Positions 20,202-29,369 of a DNA stretch of 53,188 bases are shown one piece after another (position 1 is the stretch's first letter; every line of letters starts with the position of its first letter). A model generated the notes under the pieces. It saw only the letters and a list, made by a program, of their open reading frames with translations, did no database searches and was not told the DNA's origin. The position numbers and the translations under genes are program-made. Source of the DNA: Chrysochromulina tobinii (lineage: Eukaryota); the NCBI GenBank assembly GCA_001275005.1, contig JWZX01003274.1, forward strand, positions 1 to 53,188. Direction: 5' to 3'.

Positions 20202-22298
20202 CTAATAAGCAAAAGCATCCCCATCGAAACGCATCATGCCGTCAGGCAGCGGAGGCGATGCAGCGGGGGGCACCGCCTCTGCACCCCACGTGGGTGCCTC
20301 CATCTGAGCTTTCCGCTCGGCAATAGCCGAGGGCTTGCTACTTGCTGGTGGATCGCCCTCGACCGCCACGCCCTCTGTGACATTGTGCGCGATGCCAGCG
20401 GTCGATGGCATGTCCCTGAGCACATACCCCCGCCACAAACGCCTCGCGTACTCTTCGCGCTGACCATCGAGGCGAGTCGGTGCAAAGATACCCTCGAGCC
20501 GCAGGGTCTGGGTCGCTACGTAGGTGCGATAGTATTTGAGTCGACGCTTGAGCGGCCGTGGCATACGCTCGAGCGCCCGCTCGAGGTCCTGGCTCGAAGT
20601 TTTTGAATCGTGGCCATGCATCCGCACGACTGGTATCGTCGGCAGGTGCCAAATCCGCGAGAGCGCATAGCGCACCCATTCTAGCCCCCACCAAATCGCC
20701 GATGGCACGAAAAGTGCCGGTCGCTCACCAGTGGAGCCGCCAGCCGGATCGTTCCCACCACTACCTTTGTGGCTGTCGCCGACGGCGTCGCTTGTGCTGC
20801 TCCTTCCCTCACCGAGCCGCCCGATGCCATAGCCAGGCCATCGCTTCGCACGCGAGCCGAAGTCATACACGCGTACTGTGTAGCCGAGGGCCAGAAGGAG
20901 AAGCATCTCAGCGTCGATCGACTCGAGCACTCCATAGTAGTCGCGCGCTTCGCAGTGGGAGCTTTGGATGCGGCAGAACCGGAGCGCCTCGAAAGGGATG
21001 CCGACTGCGCTCACGAGAGAGGTTAGCCCGGGGAGCGCTTCGATGCCGTTGGTCAAGTTGAGGAAATGCAAGGGCGCTGAGCGCGCCGCGCAAGCACCGG
21101 CCGCCAGCCGAAGTGACGAATCCTGTGACGAATCCCGTGACGAATCTTTGTCGTCCTCCTCCTCATCGCCAGCCAAAGTCGCCGGCGGAGCTGTGTCCAT
21201 TGACGAAGTTGACGAAGTCGCCGGCGGAGCTGCGTCCATATTTGTCGTAACCGTCGGGAGCGCGCCAGCAGCGGGAGGTGCGCGGAGATTCCCATCGCTC
21301 GCTTGGGCTGTCTCCGCTGCGATCGCCGCTGCCCTGTCTCGCCTGCCTCCCCCTTTCCTCTTGCTCCTAGTGTCATCCGATTGCCTCCCTTTGGCCTCAT
21401 TCTCCTGCTGACAATCGCCGCACACTGCCTGCATCGCCGCATCTGGCGAAGCGCCGTCTCGAGCGCCGCGACGCCTTTCCGCGTCAGCCTGTGCCATCTG
21501 CCCAAAGAGGGCTTCCAAGGCGGCCAGCCGTTCTTGCGTGGAGGCGAACTTATCGTTCGCATGGCCGACGGCGAAGGCCAGAAACTCGTCACTGACGAGG
21601 CGGGTCAGGTCGCAAGCTGCAGAGGGATCGACCCCTGTGATAGTGCCTGCGCCATCGTTGCTTGTGAGAGCTAGCGGCATCTCAAGGCCGTACGAAGTGG
21701 TTCGAATGGCAAGCATGACCTTGCCCGACTCGGAGAGCACGATCCCGCTCTCGTGGTAGTTTGCCCGCTTCGCCACCTGCAGTAGCCGCTTCGCCGCATC
21801 TGTGTCCCGGCACTGCACGTGCAAGATGGCTGGCTCTACTTTGAGCGAGACGACGCCCTTCAAGGCGGATGGCGGCGCATCCGTCGCGCTAATCGCATTT
21901 TTGGATGCGGTAGAGCCGCCATTGAGCTTTGCAGGCGAGCTGGCAATGCCACTGCCCATCGCGCCATTGCCGCTTGGCTCTGGCGTGCCACCGTGGGCGA
22001 CTGCTCCACCGCCGGATTCGGGGCTGTCAAACGAAGGAGAACCACGGAGGGCCGACTCAACTGCCGCGACATCGACGGGACCGTGACGCACGAGCAGCCA
22101 ACGGCCACCACGCGTGCCGTTGGCTGCAAAGAGCACAATGCGCCCTGAGCAGCACGACGTGGTCACAAAATCGGGATGAGCGTTCAACCCGTAGACGAGT
22201 GCAGCAATTGGCACGTCGAGCGAGCCCTTGGGTGACTTGTCCAGCTTGTGGAGCGCATTGCGCTTCGACACGTCGAAGAAGTTGGACGGCTTGGACAT
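20202..22298 (-). CDS. TYW3: tRNA wybutosine methyltransferase TYW3 domain fused to an unassigned C-terminal domain
   Basis: [12 protein letters not shown]...TTSCCSGRI...W..V.H...EPAILHVQC...ESGI...AIRT...LEMP is the TYW3 signature; ATG at 22298; second globular domain at about 21071-20420. Confidence 0.85.
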   Translation of the reverse strand: MSKPSNFFDVSKRNALHKLDKSPKGSLDVPIAALVYGLNAHPDFVTTSCCSGRIVLFAANGTRGGRWLLVRHGPVDVAAVESALRGSPSFDSPESGGGAVAHGGTPEPSGNGAMGSGIASSPAKLNGGSTASKNAISATDAPPSALKGVVSLKVEPAILHVQCRDTDAAKRLLQVAKRANYHESGIVLSESGKVMLAIRTTSYGLEMPLALTSNDGAGTITGVDPSAACDLTRLVSDEFLAFAVGHANDKFASTQERLAALEALFGQMAQADAERRRGARDGASPDAAMQAVCGDCQQENEAKGRQSDDTRSKRKGGGRRDRAAAIAAETAQASDGNLRAPPAAGALPTVTTNMDAAPPATSSTSSMDTAPPATLAGDEEEDDKDSSRDSSQDSSLRLAAGACAARSAPLHFLNLTNGIEALPGLTSLVSAVGIPFEALRFCRIQSSHCEARDYYGVLESIDAEMLLLLALGYTVRVYDFGSRAKRWPGYGIGRLGEGRSSTSDAVGDSHKGSGGNDPAGGSTGERPALFVPSAIWWGLEWVRYALSRIWHLPTIPVVRMHGHDSKTSSQDLERALERMPRPLKRRLKYYRTYVATQTLRLEGIFAPTRLDGQREEYARRLWRGYVLRDMPSTAGIAHNVTEGVAVEGDPPASSKPSAIAERKAQMEAPTWGAEAVPPAASPPLPDGMMRFDGDAFAY

Positions 22299-22516
22299 TT
22301 TCGCCACGAGGCGTCCTCGAAAATGTCCAAGGAGCTCGCTCACACCACGACATTTTCGCCGCGACGAGGACGCCACACACCCCCCTCCGACCTGGTTGTA
22401 GAAAATGTGTCGGCCACGCCTCCGTCCATTGCGATAGCGGCCCCCGTGCTTGGGGGTCCGGAGAGCGCGCGCGTTGTGTGTTTCACAGCAGCAGCACCGC
22501 GACGAAACTGACTGAC

Positions 22517-23470
22517 ATGCTCTCGGCTTCGCTACAGCTCCTGTGCTTGCAGGCTGCCAGCGCTCTCGTCGTGGGCTCACGCGCCCACCGCATCGCTATG
22601 GCTGCACCCAGCACCTCCAGGCCATTTAGCTCGCCCGAGGTCGCGCCGCGACCGGGCTACTCCAAGGCCGACCAAGTCGCAAGGTACGCCGCTGCCCAGA
22701 AGGAGAACAATGCGCGGTACCTCGATATCGAGACAGTGTACGACGGCAGCTACCTCAAGGGCAAGCGTGTTTTGATCACGGGCGGCAACCAGGGCCTCGG
22801 CCTCGCGCTCGTCAAGGAGCTGCACGCGCAGGGTGCCGAGGTGATCGTTGTCGGCCGCCGCTCGAGCCCAGAACTCGATGCGCTCGTGGGCGTGCAGGTC
22901 ATCACCGGCGTCGATGTGACCGACACGGCGGCGGTGTCTGGCAAGATGATCGACGAGCTGAAGGGCGAGCCCGTCGACTACATCATCAACAACGCCGGCT
23001 ACTTTTGGGAACCTCACGAGACGCTCGAGAACATGAACTTCGAGGAGCAGATGAAGCAGATCGACATCTGCGGCCTCGGGCCGCTGCGCGTGAGCTGGGC
23101 GATGATCAACAAGGGCCTCGTCAAGGGCTCCATCATCATCGTCACCTCGCAGGCCGACTCGGCCGAGTGGCGCTTCACGCAGAATCCTGAGGGCGGCGAC
23201 TACGGCCACCACATGAGCAGGGCCGCATGTAACATGGGTGGCGTGCTGCTCGCGCAAGAGATCAAGGGCAAGGGCATCCCGGTACTGCTCATCCATCCTG
23301 GCTTCAATCGCACGGGTATGACCTCCAAGTTCAAGCACATCTGGGACATCGAGGGCGCCGTCGAAGCAAGTGTGGGCGCCAAGCGCGTGCTCCACGAGGT
23401 CAAGGGCGCCACGCTGGAGCGCACAGGCATGTTCGTCAACGCTGAAGACGGCCTGCAGATCCCATTCTAA
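22517..23470 (+). CDS. Short-chain dehydrogenase/reductase (CsgA-like), probably plastid-targeted, with an atypical active site
   Basis: [15 protein letters not shown] and IHPG motifs; N-terminal signal peptide [25 protein letters not shown] replaces YxxxK. Confidence 0.85.
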   Translation: MLSASLQLLCLQAASALVVGSRAHRIAMAAPSTSRPFSSPEVAPRPGYSKADQVARYAAAQKENNARYLDIETVYDGSYLKGKRVLITGGNQGLGLALVKELHAQGAEVIVVGRRSSPELDALVGVQVITGVDVTDTAAVSGKMIDELKGEPVDYIINNAGYFWEPHETLENMNFEEQMKQIDICGLGPLRVSWAMINKGLVKGSIIIVTSQADSAEWRFTQNPEGGDYGHHMSRAACNMGGVLLAQEIKGKGIPVLLIHPGFNRTGMTSKFKHIWDIEGAVEASVGAKRVLHEVKGATLERTGMFVNAEDGLQIPF

Positions 23471-23845
23471 ACCTGCAGTTCCCGCTCGTTAGTGTGTATG
23501 GGAAGTTCAGGCGTGCTGGTCGTAGTATCAGAAAGCTGTGGACGAGACACACAGTGCCCCACAGCGCATTCGAGATTCGTGATTCGACCGGTCCACAGGA
23601 CCAGCAACGCGGACACGTGGCCGCACGCACGCCACACCCCGGCCCGCGCCCAAGCGAAGCCGGGGCGGGCGGCCCGCCCAGCCCGCGGGGGCGGGCACGG
23701 CCGGCCGGGACGGCGAGTCAAAGACACAGTCAGATGTCAGACGACAAAAGAAAGTCCCAACGCAAGTCAAGCGCTGACGAGTCCCTCTCATACAATGAAC
23801 CCCGCGAGCGCGACGAGCTGCCTCGATATGTCTCGAACTCTCGAT

Positions 23846-24885
23846 TCACAGGCTCGTGTTACATTTGCAGTTCACACTGAATCTTGCACACTGTCCGCAC
23901 AGCGGGGGTGCCCGGGTCAACCGGTATTTGAAGTCCCACCGTTGGCACGCGTACCGGTGCACGGCGCTCGCCGCGCACGCTCGCCACATCCAAACTTCGA
24001 GTGCTGGTGGGCACGCCAGGATATTCTTCGACGTGCCACTGCTGCCGCTGCAGCCCACAACATCGCACGCCTCGTAGTACGCGTCGTACAGCCCGAGCAG
24101 CGTGTCGGCCATGCGCCTCGACGTCACAAAGTGGTGGTCGATGTGACCGCGACCAAGCACATCGTTCGCGGGACCTGCAGCGAGGAGTTGCCACGAGCTA
24201 TGACGGATTCTCGCTTCCTCCATTTGGCAGATGGTCGGATGCGGCGCCTCCCAGCGCAGATCCGGGCGCGTCCTGATCACGTGCGTGTACTTGACGCCGC
24301 GCGTCGCCTCAACCATCTCGATGGCGCGGTGGCACTGCGCCCACGACGCTACTTGACTTAGTGCGGCACTCATACCCTGGTCCGCGAGAAAGCCGCCTGG
24401 CGCGAGCCGCACGTCGCACGTCGCATTGCTCATTGCACGATCGACACCATCGGCCCACATCGCGACGACCCGCGGCCGAAGTGCTGCCAACGCGGCATGC
24501 GCCGCCTCGGCCGTCGTGTGCATCCGCTCTTGCCGCTGCACCCAACTGCTATTGCAGCCTTGACGTTTGTGAGCACTCCGCTGTCGAGAAGGCTGATCAC
24601 CGCAAAGAGATCGGCGCATCGCAAAGGATGAAGTAGATTTGCAGCGATCGACGAGTAAACTGGCCGCTCCGTGAAGCTGCGCAGCGCTCCTGTCATGCAG
24701 ACGGCAACGCGTGAATCCCTTGTCCCGTTCTGGCACTCGCACGCGCTGCTGCTGCTGCTGCTGCTTTCCGCAGGCGGCGGCGACGGCAGATTCATGCATG
24801 GTGCGGTACCAGACACACGCGTGCAGCCCTTTTCATCGTAGACGCAGACTGACGAGAGGTTGGAAGCGAAGCCAAGGGTCTTCAT
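23846..24885 (-). CDS. Glycosyltransferase-like protein split over two frames (short intron or frameshift near 24536-24576)
   Basis: The N-part (RVAVCMTGALRSF) is in ORF 24430..24885 and the C-part (QC...YTHVIRTRPDL...DHHF) is in ORF 23846..24799. Confidence 0.5.
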
Positions 24886-24914
24886 GTGTGCAGGGCACCC
24901 AGGGTCTTTCTTCT

Positions 24915-24938
24915 AGTCAAGTCAAGTCAAGTCAAGTC
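24915..24938. repeat. (AGTCA)n microsatellite, about 5 copies, in a divergent intergenic region
   Basis: agtcaagtcaagtcaagtcaagtc. Confidence 0.9.
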
Positions 24939-25172
24939 TTTCTTTTTTTGGAAGGTGTGGAAATTGGTGTGAGGCCAGTTCGCGCAGCCCCCGCAGTATC
25001 CCTGTTTTCACACACACGTGCGACTCAAAAAAACTTTGCATGCGCTGGAACTTGTCTGAATATTACCGTTCGACCGATGAGGTGCACGATGAGGAATTTT
25101 TTTCTCATGCGGCTGTCAAGCTGTGCGACACCTCTCCGCCTATTCGACACCTACAGCGCTGTCGCGTCGTGA

Positions 25173-26138
25173 ATGAATAATTTTCACGTGACTTCATCGG
25201 ATGATGTTCGCCTCGGTGGCAGCAGCAGCAGCAGTGACAATGGTGGCAGCACGTGCACCTGCTGCTGCGCTCTTATCAGGCGAGCCATGGCGGTCGCGGT
25301 CGCGCTGGCATGCCTCGGCTCAATTGCAGTCAATGCGGAGGTGCTCAGCCCGCCTAACCGCTTTGAGTTTGGCCACTGCCAAAATGACTCGCCCATCCTG
25401 ATTGGCACCCACCACAAGACGGGCACAGTGCTAATGCGACATATCCTACGCGAGGTCTGCCCAATGCTGCAATGGCGGTGCAGCGTGGACGACGTGCCCA
25501 CAACGTGCCGAACGCCCGAGCAGGCGCAGACGGCCGGATTGCAGCTGTGCTTCCAGCAGCATGCGATCCGTCTCAAGGTTCAAGGTAGCCAGACGCCGTA
25601 CCGCTTCGTGCACGTGATCCGCGACCCGCTCGAGGTGGTGCTCTCAGGCTACGAGTACCACCTCAAAACGACCGAGCGCTGGGCGCTGCGGCCCGATAAG
25701 CGTTTCAAGAACAAGTCGTACCGCAGCTACCTCAACTCGCTCTCGCTCGCCGAAGGGCTCGCGGCAGAGCTCAAGCATTCTCTGCACGATAACCTGAAGA
25801 CGATGCCACGCGTGCTGAATCGGACCGGAGGCCGGCCATGCACGCTCACGCTGCGGCTCGAGGACTTTGAGCGCGATTGGCGCGGCACGACGGCGCGGCT
25901 GTGGGACCTCTTCGGCGTCGAAGGCGCTGGCGTGTCGGCCAGGCTCGATAGAGAGATCGCCAAGCATAATGTGTACCAATCCAACCGGCCAAGGCTGACC
26001 AATGCGCACGTGGGCAACGTGACGAGCCGCGGTGCAATGCGAGCTGTGGTGCGCAGCCTGCCCGCGGTCTATCAAAAGATCCAGCACGTCCGCAAGCAGA
26101 TCGGCTTCCCGGATGTCGGCAAGGAAGGCTTGCCGTGA
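25173..26138 (+). CDS. Membrane-anchored sulfotransferase-like protein (P-loop, PAPS-binding)
   Basis: 5'-PSB-like motif GTHHKTGT, 3'-PB-like motif HVIRDPLEVVLSGYEYH, RLEDF; N-terminal hydrophobic helix. Confidence 0.75.
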   Translation: MNNFHVTSSDDVRLGGSSSSSDNGGSTCTCCCALIRRAMAVAVALACLGSIAVNAEVLSPPNRFEFGHCQNDSPILIGTHHKTGTVLMRHILREVCPMLQWRCSVDDVPTTCRTPEQAQTAGLQLCFQQHAIRLKVQGSQTPYRFVHVIRDPLEVVLSGYEYHLKTTERWALRPDKRFKNKSYRSYLNSLSLAEGLAAELKHSLHDNLKTMPRVLNRTGGRPCTLTLRLEDFERDWRGTTARLWDLFGVEGAGVSARLDREIAKHNVYQSNRPRLTNAHVGNVTSRGAMRAVVRSLPAVYQKIQHVRKQIGFPDVGKEGLP

Positions 26139-26729
26139 GAGGCGAGCGACTAGCCCGCCGTACCGTACACGTAGTCGGACCAAAACGACGTCAAAAGGTA
26201 AAGCACCTACTGATTAGTTTGCAAAGGATGGTAAGCTGCATACGGCATGGATAACGGCATGGATATCTGATACTGTCAGTCACACGTAGGACACACTCGA
26301 GTCACGACCGGACCACAAAGATCGAACCGACGCCGGGACGCGCGTGCACTGCTTGACTCGCGCGCGCCAGCGCTCGCCCCGCCGCTCGCCGCTCGGCTCT
26401 CGCGCGGCACGCCAATCCAGCGTGCACCGTGGACCGTGCTTGACGCTGTGCTCGGCCGCGCGCCGTCGCGCGGTGCACACCGACACGAAACCGCGCTCCA
26501 AACCGAGAGACGGCGGACCGCGCGCGATCACCAATCATGCGTGATCAGCACCGTGGCCCCTGCACATTGAGGGCACACACCGGTTCCGCGCGAAAGGGCA
26601 AACTTCACATCATGCCTACGGACCGCATGTTCTCCTCTCTCCTGCAGCGAATCTTCCTTTCCCCACGCCTCATCTTCCGACACTCCCATGCCGTGCCTTC
26701 GCGCCGATCGTGCGGAGTGTAGGACCGTA

Positions 26730-29008
26730 TCAGTCATAGATGGGGCAGAAGACGCCCATTCCCTCGCAAAAGATCCCTGGATCGTTAAAGCGTCGCCCCT
26801 GGTCTAGGCTCGCCATCGCCGCCATCTGGGCATCGCTGAGCACAAAGCCGTCCAGATCGAGATTCTCGACGAGGCGATCGGGTTTGGATGACTTGGGTAC
26901 AATCGACAGACCGCGCTGCAACGCCCACCGTAGCACCACCTGTGCTGGGCTCACACGGATCTCCGACGCCAACCCGACCACCGTCGGGTGCTGGAGTGCC
27001 GAGTCGCCGGCCGTCGCACCGCCCAGCTCGATGTACGATCCAGCGCCCAGAGGTGAGAAGCCCGTGACAGCGAGGCCGTTCTCGGCCGCATAGCGCAGGA
27101 GCTTAGGCTGTTGGAGGTACGGGTGCAGCTCCACCTGCAGCACCTCGGGAGCGATGGTTGCGTACGAGAGCAGATCCCGCAAGCCGGCCGTATTGAAATT
27201 GCAGACGCCAATATGCTTGGCTAGTCCTTTAGGGATGAGGCCCTCCATTGCCCGCCACGTCTCCGAGAGGGGCACGGGCTCGAGCTCCATCGTTGGCTTG
27301 GCGGCGCCGGGATCGAAGATCCATTCAGGTGGGTAGCGCGTCTCGAACGGCACGAACTTGAGCGAGATGGGGAAGTGGATGCTGCGAAGGTGTGAGTCGA
27401 TCGCAAGGACCATCACGGAGCAAGCCACGCGCCAGGGTGTGGCATCTGCATGCATATGAAAGCGCACGGCCCCCCTCACAGGTAAAGGTCGACGTAGTCA
27501 AGTCCAAGGTCAGCGAGTGTTTTGCGGCAGGCAGCCTCGACGTGCTCGACGGCATGGTACGTGTTCCACAGCTTAGATGTCACCCACAGCTCGTCGCGCG
27601 TCACCAGCCCCTCGGCCATAGCCCGCCTGATCCCCTCTCCCACCTGAACCTCGTTGCCGTAGTCGCAAGCCGAGTCAAGGTGACGATAGCCCGCGCGGAT
27701 CGCACATACGACAGTATCGGCGCACACGTCCTTGGGCACCTTCCATAGGCCGAGGCCGATGGCAGGCATCTTGGCACCACTTCGCAGCGTCAGGCTGCGT
27801 ATGGTTGGGGACAGCGCTCGTGTCAGCCCCGCGTGACCGCTTTCATCGGACGCGGTCCACGGCGGCAGGGCCGCTAATGGTAGGTCCTTGCCAGGCGGCG
27901 GTGCCCAGAGCGACGCGAGCACGCGACGAGGCCCCTCGTAAGATTGTCGTGAGTGGAGGGCCTTTCGGTTGTCGAGGAGTAGGACATCACCGGCCTGCCA
28001 AGGAAACGCGACGCAATGGTCGCGCAGGTACGCGCCAACGCTCTCGAGTGCCGCCCGTGCCTCCGCATCCAGCGCCGTCCCGTCACCGTACACCACCGCC
28101 TTGGCCGGGTCGTTACGGACGTCGATCCAGCCTTGCGTCGCGGCGACGACCGCGTTGAAGAACATCTCGCGGCCGGTGGCGTCGTGGTGCACGAGAGCGG
28201 GCATCCGTGGAGTCACAGTTCGCACGTCGCCGCCGTCGAGCCACGTGTACTCGATCCCCGCCGCCTCCATCGCCGCCTCCGCCTCCTCGCGACTATTCGC
28301 CATATACGATGCCCGCCAACCCTTGCCGAGGGGCGAGCTCGGGTCATTATGCTCGGGAAGCGTGCGCACATAGCGCACGCCGAGGCGGCGCAGGCGGTCA
28401 GCGACGGCCGAGTGGTGGGCTTGCAGGTGTTCCGCAACGGCGAAAGACGGGATGATCGGTGTCGCGCCGCCCGAGGCTGCCGGCCGCTCGCAGAAGAAGA
28501 ACACGTACGCCGGCGGCTCTATGCACTGTGCCATCTCGTGGTGGAAAGGGATGGGCTCCGAGGGCGGCGCCTCGTTGGCGGTGAAAACGCCCGGAGCGAC
28601 ATTCGTGCGCGGCGCCGCGCTGCATCCCATCGCAAACGGCCCGAGCTCGAGGTTCGATGCAAAGCGCGAAAAATCCATCGCTGTCGCAGAACCCCCGAAA
28701 CCTCGCAGCAGCACCGCATCGTACTTCTCGATGAGGGCCAGGAGCGCGCCACGATGAGCAGCACTCCATTCGGCGAGCGAAGCTGTCATCGCCTCGGCTG
28801 GAGCGATGGTCAACGGGAATGTTCGACCCTCAAAGCTGCGCTGCTCGGCGATGCTCACAGCTTTGCAGCCCACCGTAGCGGCTGCTCCATCGTCGTCCGC
28901 GTGCCCGGACGTAATGTGCTCGACGCGTCGAGCCCCTGCTGCAATCTCGTAAGCGTTCCGTGTGCGCGGCTTTACAGGTGCTGGCATATTTGGCGGAGGG
29001 GTCCGCAT
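26730..29008 (-). CDS. Fusion of a TauD/clavaminate-synthase-like 2OG-Fe(II) dioxygenase and an aldo-keto reductase (xylose/sugar-phosphate reductase-like); exons 29008-27480 and 27381-26730
   Basis: Dioxygenase motifs PIPFHHEMAQ and WQAGDVLLLDNRKALHSR. AKR motifs MPAIGLGLWK, DSACDYGNE, SKLWN, GVCNF, QVELHP, IVPKS. The 98-nt GT-AG intron 27382-27479 restores the canonical DLYLIHFP. Confidence 0.9.
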
Positions 29009-29369
29009 GGCTCAAAATTTCGAGCCAGGCACGAGGACGTCTGACTGATTGGTTCTGGCGACCGGGTCGGGTCCTGGATTGCGCGAGAGGTAGCGATCGC
29101 TTTTAGGACGAGTTTTTGACGAAGCGCATAAATTGACGAAACACAAGGGCGCTGCGCGAGTTCGTCAGCTCTTTTTGGTTGACACCTGAGAGAGCCTCTA
29201 ACCCTCTCGCACTGCCTTGCATGCACCACGAATATATGAAGTTTTCGTCGTTGCGCCCGTAAAGAAGAGCGACCTTCCCGAAGGCACGGCGGGCGGCTAA
29301 GGGCGGCGGTCGACCCTTCGAACGTGAACGTGGACGTTGTGGTCCGGTGTGGCGTTGGGGAGCGTGTGA

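Noticed and set aside
21929..22580. Apparent overlap of the TYW3 and SDR ORFs
   Set aside because: Artefact of non-ATG ORF extension; the likely starts (22298 and 22517) leave a normal divergent gap.
27476..27481. Stop codon truncating the AKR (pseudogene or readthrough)
   Set aside because: The TGA lies within the GTGAG donor of an intron whose removal restores DLYLIHFP.
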